DNA of 64,000 bases. Source: Raja brachyura (lineage: Eukaryota). The notes under the pieces are model-generated. The model did no database searches. It was not told the DNA's origin and saw only the letters and a program-made list of their open reading frames with translations. Both the position numbers and the translations under genes were made by a program. This document shows, piece by piece, positions 12,123 through 24,971 of the stretch (its first letter is position 1; the number at the start of each line of letters is the position of its first letter). The stretch covers positions 43,214,001-43,278,000 of the forward strand of contig OY740783.1 in assembly GCA_963514005.1 (NCBI GenBank), in the 5' to 3' direction.

Positions 12123-13328
12123 TCATAATTTTGGCCAAATTGGAGATGCCAGGACACTAACATTGAGTAAAGGCTTCTGGGCTGCTAGGCCATTTGGTCA
12201 ATTTAAATGTGCCTTCTGCAGAAATGGGACAAGCTGTAGAATGGTGCCAGCTTGTCTAGAGCCTAGATAAGAGTTGCAGAAAGAGAATGGAACATCTGCA
12301 GATTCTGACAATTAGGTGTAAATTGCATGGAACGGATTGGGTGAATGCAAACCAAACATACACATTGTAAATATTGTTACAGTTTTACTTTGCTAGATGT
12401 TGATTGGGTTAAGTGTTGAGCCAACCAAGAATAGTGGAGAGACAGTTGACGGCACGGAAAGACGGCACCTGGGAAAGGCTGGGTTAGCACCCCAGTCTGT
12501 GTCTTTCGTGAGAATGACACCCAACAAAGCTATGGAAAGGCCTAATGAACCATCGTGGCCTAAACATCCACCAGGCGAGAATGAAATGCTCGGAGAAGGA
12601 GAAAGAGGTGCAACGCACAGGCCTTGAACCTTGTGAGACACAGGAGGAGCCCGGCTGGGAGTCACCCCACAGAGCCCAGTCCCTCCATGCACTAGAGTCT
12701 CCCAACCCCTGCAGAGTAGTTATTAAGATGGCTGATCCGTGGGCGGTTGCTGCTGGGACGCAAGTCGGGGCCTGATCAACCCTGGCTGGGTCGCCTGGGC
12801 GAGGGTGTCTGATGTTGTGAGACCCGAAACATCCGATGACCCCAGGTCACATCACTGAGGATGCGTCCCAGCGCATCTAGAAGATGTATATTTTTCACAT
12901 TCACATCTAGAAACTTCGTCGGATACATTATATTAGTCACTGTATTATTGGGTTAGGGAAATGTCTATCATGTACTGTGTTAATCGATATCTGTTATTGG
13001 ACTGTATAGAGACCACGCCCATGAGGTTCGGCCCCTCAAAGTTCGGGGACCTATATAAGGCCGCTCCCACGAGGTCCTGTGTTGATCTTCTGGGAGAAAG
13101 CTTAGGACTGTGTCACCTTCTGGAGTGCCTCTGCTTGCACGAGGCTAGGATGGCTTGGCCAGGCAGATACAAGGATCGAAGACCTTCTACTTCCCACTAC
13201 TGGTTAGGTATATTAGTGGGAACTGTTATTTTGCTTTTCCAAAATAAAGTTTAGATGTGCAAATGCTTGACTCAGTATGTCATTGACTGAAACTAGGCTG
13301 GGGGGGAGCTTAGAACGAGCTATTTACA
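12123..13328 (+). mobile_element. Probable solo LTR, interrupted by the element at 12424-12906
   Basis: Splits a CR1 3' fragment (ctcttAGGG ... AGGGctaatggaatc) with a 4-bp duplication. TATATAA at 13052, AATAAA at 13243, ends in CA. The 5' end is uncertain: 12123 by TSD, or 12366 where tgtaaata mirrors the terminal tatttaca. Confidence 0.6.
12424..12906 (+). mobile_element. Short non-autonomous non-LTR element, copy 1 (Hero-like internal-deletion derivative)
   Basis: Highly similar to and co-terminal with 36880-37357. Mini-ORF 12545..12775 joins RGLNIHQARMKC...ETQEEPGWESPHRAQSL to IKMADPWAVAAGTQVGA*. Confidence 0.65.
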
Positions 13329-13924
13329 AGGGCTAATGGAATCAAGGGATATGGGGAGAATGCAGGAACGGGGTACTAATTTTGGATAACCAGCCATGAT
13401 TATGCTGACTCGAAGGACCGAATGCCAACTCCTGCAACTATTTTGTATGTTTCTATAAGGTGATGTGACAGGAGCAGAATTAGGTCATTCACCCCATTAT
13501 GTCCATTCTGCCATTCAATCATGGGTGACCTATCTCTCCCTCCTAACTTCATACTCCTGCATTCTCCACATAATCCCTGACACCCGTTGGAATACTTCAA
13601 CAGTCATAACAAAAGTATGGTGTAAGCCACGTCCTCTGGCTTAGTGGCTGTCAAAACCACTGAATGTCTGTGAATATATTTGCCATTCACAAATGCTGAA
13701 TAATATTTAAACATATTGAAAAAAAATCAATAATATTAAAAAATACATATATATCAAAAGACATTTAGGCAGGTTCTTGAATAGGAAAGGATTAGAGGGA
13801 TACGAGCCAAAAGTGAGCATTCAGGACTAGTGTGGATGGGATGTATGAGTAAGTTGGGCTGAAGGGCCTGTTGCCATGCTGTGTAACTCTATGACTCTAT
13901 TAAAATTAAAATATTAAACACATT

Positions 13925-14365
13925 TACCAGGACTCGAGGGCCTGAGCTATAGGGAGAGGTTGAGCAGGCCAGGACTTTATTTGATGAGGGGTGATCTTAT
14001 GGAGGTGTACAAGATCAGGAGACTAATAGATAGGATAAATGCACCCCTTTACCCAGAGTTGGGGAATCAAGAACCAGGGGACATATGTTTAAGGTGAGGG
14101 GGGAACAATTTAATAGGTATATGAGGGGTAAATTCTTTACACAAAGGGTGGTGGGTGTATGGAATGAGCTTTTGGAGGAGGTAGTTGAGGCAGTTACTAT
14201 CACAATGTTGAAGAAATATTTAGACAGGTACATGGATAGGACAGGTTTAGAGGGAAATGAGCCAAACACAGGCAGGTGGGACTGGTGTAGATGGGACATG
14301 TTGGCTGGTGTGGGTGGGCAAGTTGGGACGTAGGGCCTATTTCCACACTGTATGACTATGACTCT
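13925..14365 (+). mobile_element. CR1 LINE 3' fragment
   Basis: FKVRGEQFNRYMRGKFFTQRVVGVWNEL; tatgactatgactc tail. Confidence 0.88.
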
Positions 14366-14777
14366 AAATAATTCAAAATGATACAAAACATTTAAAGTCT
14401 TCATTACGTCATATAGAGCTGTAACATCCTGATAGGTAATTACCAATTCGCAGAGAGACAAATGGAGTTGTGGAGCCCCTGGCATTCTAAAATGCAACAG
14501 GATTAGTTCCCAGATTTCCCCTGGGGAATGGCAGGATGGTTAGTGTCCCACCTCCACAAGGTGTCCACTGACAAAACGTGGTGACAATGACAAGGCACTC
14601 TCAGGAGGCAATTGTGTGAGTGGCCCTCTGGAGGGATTTAGATGTCAAACTGGCCCTTCCCACAGAAATGGCATTCATAACACTGGTGTAGTTCCATTCT
14701 CAGTCTTGTGGTGGCTCTACATCATCACTGCTGTTGGGTGGCTACAATTAAGAGTAAGGCAAGTCTATATTGACGGT

Positions 14778-14872
14778 TACACAAAAAGCTGGAGAAACTC
14801 AGCGGGTGCAGCAGCATCTAAGGAGCGAAGGAGATAGGCGACGTTTCGGGTCGAGACCCTTCTTCAGACTGG
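14778..14872 (-). mobile_element. Solo Penelope terminal module with the best-preserved hammerhead core (14838-14870)
   Basis: Minus strand agt-CTGAAGA-a-GGGTctcgACCC-GAAAC-GTC-gc; almost identical to the Penelope terminus at 5182-5275. Confidence 0.8.
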
Positions 14873-16404
14873 TGTGGATATATTGACCATTTCCAATGTT
14901 AACATGGAAATAAGAATTGATAACGAAAGTAGAGGATTGTTATTGCCAATATAGCTTGCTTTGATTATTTTCCACTCAGCCTCAATTTCACACGAGTCAA
15001 GCTTAGTCTTCACTCATCGTGTTCGAATGCCAAAGGGAATGGGGAATTAATTTACATAGATCATTTTAAATTCAAAAATGATTTGTGACCACATTAATTA
15101 ATGAGTGTCAGAAATACCACTGTTTCCTATCCAACAGTCTCCTTTCTCCAGTCTTACGTGACATCAGATTAAACGAACAGAGCATTATATTGGTGGACAG
15201 AAAGGAATGTGATGAATAACTATATAATGGTTTCAATGGAGGGATTGGGACCGGTGATCTGAGGATAGGACATCCTCGCTTTTCAAGTTGAAGAAGCCAT
15301 TTGGATACAGCAACAAAGTTACTAATAGGAGAGTTTGCTGACAAACAGAAGACATTGCAAACCTTGGATGTCACTCTAGGGTTTGCTGGAGTTTGGACAT
15401 AGGTTAATAGAGTGAACAGTTTGGTGGCAAAAGCAGTTCAACATGCAGTAGTATATTCTGTAATTCATTATACCCCTAATAGAAAGAATTGTTGAGCCAC
15501 TCCATGAGATGGGAAGATCAGAGCCACCAAAGGCAATAGAACAGAGACTTGCCATGTGTAGGCTAAAAGGCACAAAGCTTTGTCATTTGCATGAAATGCA
15601 CTGGACAGCCCACTAAAAGGATGCTTTTTTTCTGATTTGCTGCTTCCAATCTGGTGGAGAGGATATCTAGGTCGGAACCCATCCTGAGAAGTGGAGAAAG
15701 TTAGATTATTGCAGAATGGTAAAGAGTCCAGTCAATGGCTGTCAAGATCACAATGTTTGAGGCTGTACCATCAGACATTGTATTTTCATTCTTCACAGCT
15801 CCACATGGTAACCAAAGTATTCCACAATTGGTATCCAACTTCCATTGTTATTGGGTTTTCGTGCTGAATATGGAACAGTTCCAAACTTAAATACACCAGA
15901 GTCATTGATTACCATTAGAGCTATACCACAATAACAACTTTGAGTTGTTTGCTTGAAGTAATGAGGAACTGAAATAATTAGGAGAATGGATTGCAGGAAT
16001 GGAACAAATTCTGTCCTCATCAGCATCAAGTCCTAATCAAACCAATGACTGTGGGTCAGATGCTATGGCAATGAGCGGATCCAATACTACTGAATGAGAT
16101 CAGATTCCATTTGAATCAATAGACTGAAGCTGAATCTGAGCTCCTGTGTATAGATGATACACACTTGTGGTAAATCATTTAGTGAGATGGTCTCCCACAT
16201 GACTATATTGTGGAATAAAGCACAAAGCTGAAATAAAATCCATTTGAAGAATCGCTTGACTGAAACGCTTTGACACAAAATTTCCTGTCAAAACAACAGT
16301 GATGCCAATGGCACTTAGTGCTGTTCATGAGATGTTCACACAGTGACATCAGGCAAGGCCAGATGCACAAATGCAAATATCCAAAAGCTGTCACGTGTCA
16401 AAGG

Positions 16405-16497
16405 CAGACGCAAAATGCTGGAGTAACCAAGCGGGACAGGCAGCATCCCTGGAGAGAAGGAAAGGATGATGTTTCGGGTCGAGACCCTTCTCAGACG
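16405..16497 (-). mobile_element. Penelope-derived hammerhead module, core mutated
   Basis: aaaatgctggagtaac...gatgtttcgggtcgagacccttctcagac. Confidence 0.75.
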
Positions 16498-17888
16498 TCA
16501 CATGTCAGTTAGTTTCATGAACAAAGCTTCCACAGTCAGGCTCACCATTGAACAGTGTGAGGTTGTGTCATTTTCAAGCAAAGGGGGAAAGAACTAAAGA
16601 GAATTGAAGTACCAAATGGAAAGGTTGGAATAGAAGGGAAATGAAATACTGCAGATGCTGGAAATCTGAAATAAAAACAGAAAATGTGGAAACACTCAGG
16701 TCAGGGAACCTTTATGGAATAAGAAAAGGTTAACGTTTTCAATCAATTAAGGGTTTTCAACCATAAAAATTAACACTATTTCTCCCCCCCACTCAGTGTT
16801 TCCAGCATTCTCTGCTCTTATTGAAGGGCCATTCTCTGTGAGGAGGCATAATTGGAGTAGTTTCTATGTACAATGGGTGTGGGAGTAACAGTATATTGTT
16901 GTGAACCAGGAAGCAGGAAGAATGATTTGACTATGGGGCACCAAGGGTTGGGAATTGATGGCATTAAATGTCAATTTCCCAGTTACAGCAGAAAATCACA
17001 TAATTTAAGCTTCAGAAATACATTACCTAAAAGAATTACAAATAGGTAATAGATTAAAAAATGTTTTCTCTGACATTCCTAATAATGCAACAGCAATATG
17101 GTGCCTTCAGCTTTTACATTTCTTAGGCCCTCAAGTCCTGAATTACATAGTTTTATTTTTAATCCATTACAAGTGTTGGAATGTGGGAGCCATAGATAAT
17201 TCACAAAGCTGAAGCAAGTTATTTGTTTTATAATTACAGCTGCTATCAATCAGGGCCTTTGGAGGAGAAGCATTTTTGGTTTGATTCAGATACTGGGCCA
17301 GCTTTTGAGAGTTTTCTAATCGTAACCAATTATTTTAGAGTATTAATTACATTGTGCCTAAATTTACCATGTCAATATTAATCTGCCAGATTTTATCACC
17401 TATTCACTGTAGAATTTATCTAATTTATATTCTATCGGAAATAATAGAAGGAATAAAAGAGATGGACATTTTGCTCTTTTACATTAACTACCTGCCTGGT
17501 AGATTCTTGATTAGTACAGGTGTCAGGGGTTAAGGGGCGAAGGCAGGAGAATGGTTGAAGATTTCAGAGGGAAAGATTGAATGGCGGAATAGATTTGATG
17601 GGCCGAATGCTCCTATAATTATGAACAGCCTTATTGATTATGTGATCAAAGTCATAAACCCTGCATTATCTGCATATTATATTATGGCTGGAGCTTCCTA
17701 TGTACACTGAAGACTAAGACCTCTTATGGGCTGATCCATTTCACGATTCAATTTTCTAAAAGAGAACTACTAAGTACCAGCAAGTCCATGTCACTAGCTT
17801 CCTAAATCTTACTTTATTTATACTGATGTCTACTATTAGCCAGCTTCATTAAAAAAAATCCAGGATTCATCATGGCTGGCAACCAGGC

Positions 17889-18120
17889 TGACACATTAGG
17901 GACAATTTACACTTATACCAAGCCATCTACAAACTTCTACATCTTTGGAATGTGGGAGGAAGCCAAAGATCTCAGAGAAAACCCATGCAGTCACGGGGAG
18001 AATGTACATACTCCGTGCAGACAGCACCTGGAGTCAGGATCGAACCCCGGTGTACAGGCGCTGGAAGGCAGCAACTCTACCTCTGTAGGCAGCAACTCTA
18101 CCGCTGCACCACTGTGCTGC
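17889..18120 (-). mobile_element. V-SINE (HE1-like), 3'-truncated
   Basis: Reverse complement of the SINE head and V-domain; internal 21-bp duplication. Confidence 0.8.
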
Positions 18121-18122
18121 CC

Positions 18123-18482
18123 TTGCCAGGACTTGAGGGCCTGAGCTATAGGGAGAGGTTGAGTAGACTGTGACTGTTCCTTGGAGTGCAGGAGGATGAG
18201 GGCTGATCTTATAGAGGTGTATAAAATCATGAGAGGAATAGATTAGGTAGGTGCACAGAGTCTCTTGCCCAGAGTAGGGTAATCGAGGACCAGTGGACAT
18301 AGGTTTAAGTTGAAGGGGGAAAGATTTAATAGGAATCTGAGAAATAACTTTTTCGCACAAAGGCTGGTGGGTGTATAGAACGAGCTGCCAGAGGCAGCTG
18401 AGGCAGGGACTAGTGCGGCTGGGACATGTTGGCCGGTGTGGGCAAGTTGGTCCAAAAGACCCAATGACTCTATGACTCTATA
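18123..18482 (+). mobile_element. CR1 LINE 3' fragment
   Basis: GLEGLSYRERLSRL; atgactctatgactct tail. Confidence 0.85.
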
Positions 18483-18489
18483 TTCTCCG

Positions 18490-21400
18490 AGGTAATTTAC
18501 CTCTTTTATTCTCGCTGGAGTTTACATTCTCCCCCCCAAGCCTGCGTACGTGAGGCACGAACGCAACTCGCTGACCAGGTAATGAGAGTTGAGAGTGACT
18601 TCCCGGACTCCATGGTCATTGTTTAGTTCACCTTATTCCGACCTACAGGCAGAAACTAAAATCTGCTAAGCCTGTGGTCAGAACAAAAGTGGACAAGCGA
18701 GGGCATTGGAAACCTACAGTCCTGCTTTGACTGCACTGATTGGAACGTGCTCAGGGAAGCAACCACAAGCTTTGATGAATATATAGACACTGTGATAGCA
18801 TTTGTCAGCTTTTGTGAGGACAGTTGCATTCCCACTAGGACCCGGATCTGGTTCAACAACGACAAACCTTGGTTTACAGCAGAACTTAGACAGCTCTGCC
18901 AGTCTGAAGATGAAGCCTACAGGAGCGGGGATGCAGACCTCTAAAGATAGCGGAGTCAGGGAATATGGTGAGAAGGCAGGAACAGGGTACTGATTGTGGA
19001 TGATCAACCATGATCACATTAAATGGCTGTGCTGGCTCGAAGGGCGGAATGGCGGAATGGCCTACACCTGCACTTATTATCTATTGTCTATTGCCAAGTA
19101 CAAGCTCAGAAGAGGAATCAGAGCTGCCAAGGAGGAGCAAGTTGAGGAGCAAGTTCTCAGCTAATGAGTCATCTTCAGTATGAAAGGGCTTGCAAGAAAT
19201 CACCAACTACAAATGGGAAACCTCCCCATTCCTTGGATGATCATCAGCTGAACAACGACCTGAACGAGTTCTACTCCTCCCCAATGATTACTTCAAACCT
19301 ACTCACAGCCTGACTCCAGTCTGCAAAGACTGGACCCTTCCCCACCCACTCCTCCCCAATCACCACTTCACACCCACTTACAGCCTGACTCCAGTCTGCA
19401 AAGACTGGGCCATCGTCCACTACCCACCCCTTCCTTGCTGCCCAACATCAGTATGGCCACTTTTCCATCACTAAAAATAGAAATTGAGGAGGTGGAGAAT
19501 CTATTCAGGAGACAGAAAAGCCGGAAATCTCCAGGACCGGACAATGTCTCCCCTACCTTCAAGCTCTGTGCCGAACAACTGGCACCAGTCTACACGGACA
19601 TTGTCAACCAGTACAGCAAACCTGTACTGAGACTTTGCCTGCTTCAAAGTCTCCACTTTTGTTCCTGTACTCAAAAAGCCACGGATTACTGGTCTTAATG
19701 ATTACAGCCTGTCGCACTGACCTCTGTAATCATGAATACAATAGACAATAGGTACAGGAGTAGGCCATTTGGCCCCTCGAGCCATTCAATGTGATCATGG
19801 CTGATCATCCCCAATCAGTGCCCCGTTCCTGCCTTCTACCCATATCCCCTGACTCCGCTATTTTTAAGAGCCCTATCTAGCTCTCTCTTGAAAGCATCCA
19901 GAGAACCTGCCTCCACCACCCTCTGAGGCAAAGAATTCCACAGACTCCCATTCTCTGTGAGAAAAATTGTTTCCTCGTCACCATTCTAAATGGCTTACTC
20001 CTTATTCTTAAACTATGGCCCCTGGTTCTGGACTCTCCCAACATCAGGAACATGTTTCCTGCCTCTAGCGTGTCCAAGCCCTTAACAATCTTATATGTTT
20101 CCATGAGATGCCCTCTCATCCTTCTAAACTCCAGAGTGTACAAGCCAAGCTGCTCCATTCTCTCAACACATGACAGTCCCGCCATCCCGGGAATTAACTT
20201 TGTAATCCTACGCTGCACTCCCTCAATAGCAAGAATGTCCTTCATCAAATTAGGGGACCAAAACTGCACACAATACTCCAGGTGTGGTCTCACTAGGGCT
20301 CTGTACAACTGCAGAAGGACCTCTTTGCTCCTATATTCAATTCCTCTTGTTATAAACGCCAACATGCCATTCGCTTTCTTCACTGCCTGCTGTACCTGCA
20401 TGCTTACTTTCATAGACTGATGTACAAGGACCCCCCACATCCCGTTGTATTTCCCCTTTTCCCAACTTGACGCCATTTAGATAGTAATCTGCCTTCCTGT
20501 TTTTGCTACCAAAGTGGATAACCTCACATTTATCCGCATTAAACTTCATCTGCCATGCATCTGCCCACTCCCCCAACCTGTCCAAGTCACCCTGCATTCA
20601 CATAGCATCCTCATCACAGTTCACACTGCCACCCAGCTTTGTGTCTGCAAATTTGCTAATGTTACTTTGAATCCCTTCATCCAAATCATTGATTGAAGAC
20701 CCTTGAAAGATTTGTGCTGACCCACCTGAAAAATATCACAATCCCCCTGCTGGACTCCCTGCAGGTTACATATCGGACCAATAGATCAGTCTATTGCCGC
20801 AGTCAACCTAGGCCTGCACCATCCTCCAGCACCTAAACCGCCAGGGGACCTGTGCAAAGATTTTGTTTGTGGATTTTAGCTCTGCATTCAACACCATTGT
20901 GCCAGAGCTACCACACTCCAAACTCTCCCAGTTGACTGTGCCTGAACCCCTCTGTCAGTGGATCATCAACTTCCTGACAGACAGGAAGCAGCATGTGAGG
21001 CTGGGAAAGCACATCTCGACCTGCTGACCCTCAGCATCGGTGCACCGCAAGGCTGCGTACTCCCCCCTCTCCTTAACTCTCTCTGCACCAACGATTGCAC
21101 CTCCACAGACTCCTCTGTCAAGCTTCTCAAGTTTGCGGACGACACAACCCTGATTGGACTGATCCAGGATGGGGAGGAATCTGCCTACAGACAGGAAGTG
21201 ACACAGTTGGTGTCCTGGTGCCATTGCAACAACCTTGATCTGAATTCTCTTAAGACAGTGGAATTGATTGTAGACTTTTGGAGAGCTCCCCCTCCCCTCC
21301 CCCCCCCCCCCCCCCCCCCTCACCATCCACAACACCATAGTTACATCTGTGATCATTTAAGTTCCTTGGAATCATCATCTCCAGGGACCTTAAATGGGAG

Positions 21401-21995
21401 GCCATCATCGACTCCACAGTCAAAAAGGCCCAACAGAGGATGTACTTCCTGCGGCAGCTGGGAAAACACAATCTGCCTCAGGCAATGATGGTCCACTTTT
21501 ATACTACCATCGTAGAGTCTGTCCTCACCTTCTCCATCATGGTCTGGTTTGGCTCAGCCACCAAGCACGACATCCAGAGGCTGCAGCGCATCGTTCGATC
21601 ATCCGAGATGGTTGTTGGCTGCAACCTTCCCCCCATCGATGAACTGTACACTGCAAGGGCCAGGAAGCGAGCGGGTAAGATCATCTCTGACCCCTCTCAT
21701 CCTGGCCACAAACTCTTTGAAGCATTTCCCTCTGGAAGGCGACTCCGGACTGTCAAAGCCGCCACAGCCAGACATAAAAACAGCTTTTTTCCACAAGCAG
21801 TAGCTCTACTCAACAACTCAAAGTCTGTAGCCTCCTTTTGCTCTGGTATTTTATTTCATTCTTCACATGTTTCAATTATAATATTTTATTCTTAATTGTT
21901 TACTGTATATTGTGTTGTTACCTGCGAGCAAAGTAACAAGGCTAATTCCTTGTATGTACAGTATACATACTTGGCTAATAACATTTATTCAGTTC
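18490..21995 (+). mobile_element. Rex1/Babar-like LINE, degraded, with two CR1 insertions (about 18943-19093 and 19737-20694)
   Basis: NNDKPWFTAELRQL, KSPGPDNVS..KLCAEQLAPVYTDI, SIGAPQGCVL.PLL..L.TNDC, KLLKFADDTTLIGLIQDGEESAYRQEV, MYFLRQL...FYTTIVESVLTFSIMVWFGS, SGRRLR..KNSFFPQAV. Confidence 0.88.
19737..20694 (-). mobile_element. CR1 LINE 3' ~1 kb nested in the Rex1-like LINE
   Basis: ORFs 20337..20597 and 19877..20476 (WQMKFNADKCEVIHFG; LVRPHLEYCVQFWSP); tgaa present on both flanks. Confidence 0.93.
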
Positions 21996-23368
21996 AATTC
22001 AGACTGAAGGTGGCTGCACAAGGCTTCTGCTTGTTTTTCCATATAACTGGAGCTAGTGTCCACAACTCAAAATATTGAACCAAGGTAAATTATTCCTGGG
22101 TAACTCAATAGATCTGGGGCTCTGTATGGCTTTCCTTATTGACTCTGAGGGGTCAGAGAGTCTCCATGCTCAATCCCTGGCAGCTTTAATCAACATAGTC
22201 CTAAATGGAAACATAAACTGTTGGAACAGATCTAATGAAAAGTTATCAAACCTAAAATGTTAATTCTCTTTCTCTCCTCTTTGTTGCCTGATCTGTTCAG
22301 TATTTCTAGCACTTTTTATTTTTATTTCACACTTTCAGCATTTGCAATTTTTAAACCTTTTACTTTAGTCCTGATCTTCAGCAGTCAGTTCAGTGATGGA
22401 AACAGCAGTCTCTGCTTCATCTTGGTCCAACGTGAGAAAAGGGGAAAATATAAGCCACCATTTGAACGACTTAGAAATTCCTTGCAAATACTTTTAAAAT
22501 CCTATTATTTTTGCTCAGAATTTGTGTATATAGACCATGAGAAACATAAAACAAAACACACTACCTTGTAAGGATGCCTGTGGCTAAAAGGCTGCTCCAG
22601 GCAGTTAGTGTGTTGTCAGATGCGTTCACATTCTTGTTGTAAGTCATAACTCTGTCTTGAAGTTTTTATTTTCGTGAAATGCACAGAGTGAAGCATGAGG
22701 CACAGGCCAATGGAAACTGTGGCTTTATGTAAATAGTCTAATACTTCTAACTGTGCACGATAGCAAGGCTCAGTTTCTACAGCATAAAAATAAACTTTAA
22801 AACATTGGAAGTGTTATGCTCCATCTGGAATACCTCTCTCAATTCACAGTTTTCTTTCCATTACCATTTATTTTAATGGGGATATGCAAACACTGGAATC
22901 TAGAGCAAAAAATAAACTGCTGGAGGAACTCAACAGGTCGGAAATGAACACTTGCCTTTCTCACCAAGGCCCTTCATCCATTTATTTTAAACTGAAATTA
23001 TGGACTAGCCTGAAATCATGTAACAAAGTGCAATCTAATTCACAACTAATCCAGATTTATGATATGGTTCATGATAAAGTTTCCAAGGATTATAATATGG
23101 TGCATTAGCCGACACATCCCATTTTATTAACATCTGACTTTAAACATAGGTCATCTTAAAATTAGTTCAATTGTTGCTACCTTTATGGATCATGCCATAT
23201 TTCCTAAGCAAAGATCACCCCAAAGCCTAAATGCGTTTTCCCTCCCTTATGTCATTGCCTCCATCTATGCTTCTGGTTGTTGCAGTCCTTTTTTTACTGG
23301 CTGAATACCTAAAGTTCAGAACTACTTATTATTTAAAATAAATAGTTGGTCTAACTCATTGGCCTTAA

Positions 23369-23596
23369 AGGGCCTGTTCCACTTTCATGACCTAATTCAT
23401 GACCTCTGCCGAATTTGCCCTTGACTCGTACTCGCAAGCATGGTCGTCACGAGATCGCAGGAGGTCGTAGGGAGGTCATGATGCAAGTCGTAGGTACTCG
23501 TGGCATCAAGTAGGTTGGGGCGTTTTTTCAACATGATGAAAAATGTCCACGAGTAAAAAAGGTCGTGAATTAGGTTGTGAAAGTGGGACAGGCCCT
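23369..23596. mobile_element. MITE, PIF/Harbinger-like, TAA target-site duplication
   Basis: taa|AGGGCCTGTTCCACTTTCATGACCTAATTCATGACC ... GGTCGTGAATTAGGTTGTGAAAGTGGGACAGGCCCT|taa: imperfect TIR of about 36 bp. Confidence 0.85.
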
Positions 23597-23707
23597 TAAC
23601 GATAATAAAGTGGGAAATGGAACAAATCATACTCATAAAGTAGACGTGTTCCTCTGCATTTCTGGCTGAACTACATTGCTGCAGTAGAGTAAGAAAAAAG
23701 GATCTTT

Positions 23708-23792
23708 ACTGAAGTAACGTCTCGACCCGAAACGTCACTCATCCCTTCTCTCCAGAGTTGCTGCCTGTTACTCAAGCTTTTTGTGTCTCCCT
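23708..23792 (+). mobile_element. Penelope-derived hammerhead module
   Basis: ctgaagta...tctcgacccgaaacgtcactc...ctccagag. Confidence 0.7.
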
Positions 23793-24024
23793 TCGGATTA
23801 TAATTTCATAACAGACAATGGATAGCAAAAGTGAAAGCTTCCATTCCTTTTATTTGGCACAAAAGTAGATGCCCTTTTTTGATTGACAAAAACATATTTC
23901 CTTCTGTAACTTTCTCTTTGACTGATGCAGTGCTGAGGTTGATTAAGCCACAGTTCCAGTTCATGAATGAACACTGATCAAAGATTGCACTGCAAGACAA
24001 CGTTTCTCATACCTTATAGACACT

Positions 24025-24240
24025 GAACTGCAGATGCTGACTTGCAAGAAAAGACAGAATGTGCTGGAGTAACTCAGTAGGTCAGGCTTCATCCCTAAAG
24101 AACATAGATAGGTGATATTTTAGGTTGGGAACCGTTCATCAGACCGAGTTTGAAGAAGGATCCCAATCTGAAATGTCGCTTATCCATGTTCTCCGGAGAT
24201 GCTGCCTGACCTGCTGAGTTACTCCAGCACTTTGTGGCTT
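24025..24240. mobile_element. Penelope-derived inverted-pair module
   Basis: gtgctggagtaactcagtaggtcaggc ... gcctgacctgctgagttactccagcac. Confidence 0.78.
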
Positions 24241-24393
24241 TCTCATAACTTCCTATGTGCAACAAAAATGTATTAAAGTCTCACAACCAGCAATGCAGTA
24301 ATGGCCAGACCATCAGTTCGGATATGCAAGTGAGCACATCCTGATTACTTAAGGTAGAAGGGGGAACAGTTTGTTGTTTGCAGAGGCACTCAC

Positions 24394-24515
24394 CATTTGT
24401 GAAAGACAATTCTTTTAGCAGTTCCTCCTCTCTGGACGCATCCAGAGTGAACTCTGTGAAAGAAGGTTCTGCAGCCGGCTGGAAGGTTTTCAAAGATTCA
24501 GTGGCCATTCGGATC
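24394..24515 (-). CDS. TRIM46: TRIM46/TRIM36-family exon: COS box (122 nt, phase 2 to 1)
   Basis: IRMATESLKTFQPAAEPSFTEFTLDASREEELLKELSFTN. Boundaries tttcag|GATC and G|gtgagt; phases match both neighbouring exons. Confidence 0.95.
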
Positions 24516-24971
24516 CTGAAACACAAATATTATATCAGTCATTGAGTCTTATCTTCATGCAGATAAAGAGAACAAAAGACAAATGGAAAAGAATGCCTTT
24601 GCCAAAGATGTGTAGCACCATGAATACAATGACAAAGAAACAAATGAAAGAGCTTTTCCTTCTGCTGAAAAGGTACGAACGCTCAGGATTGTAAATACAT
24701 TGTATGAAGGCTCGTACAATGGATTTTTCTTTTGTGTCATCGATTTGAATACTGGAGTAAATAAGTCTTACTGCAATTGTGCAAGACCTTAATGCGACTG
24801 CGCCTGGGGTATTGTACACAGTTTTGGTTTCCTTCCCATAGAAAGGATGTACATGGCATAAAGAGAGATCCTTTAGACTGGTTTCGGAAATAAGGGAGAG
24901 ACTGGAACTGCACTCTCGAGAGTTTAGAAAACATGGACATCTAATTGCAACTTACAAAGTTAGTAAAGGGC

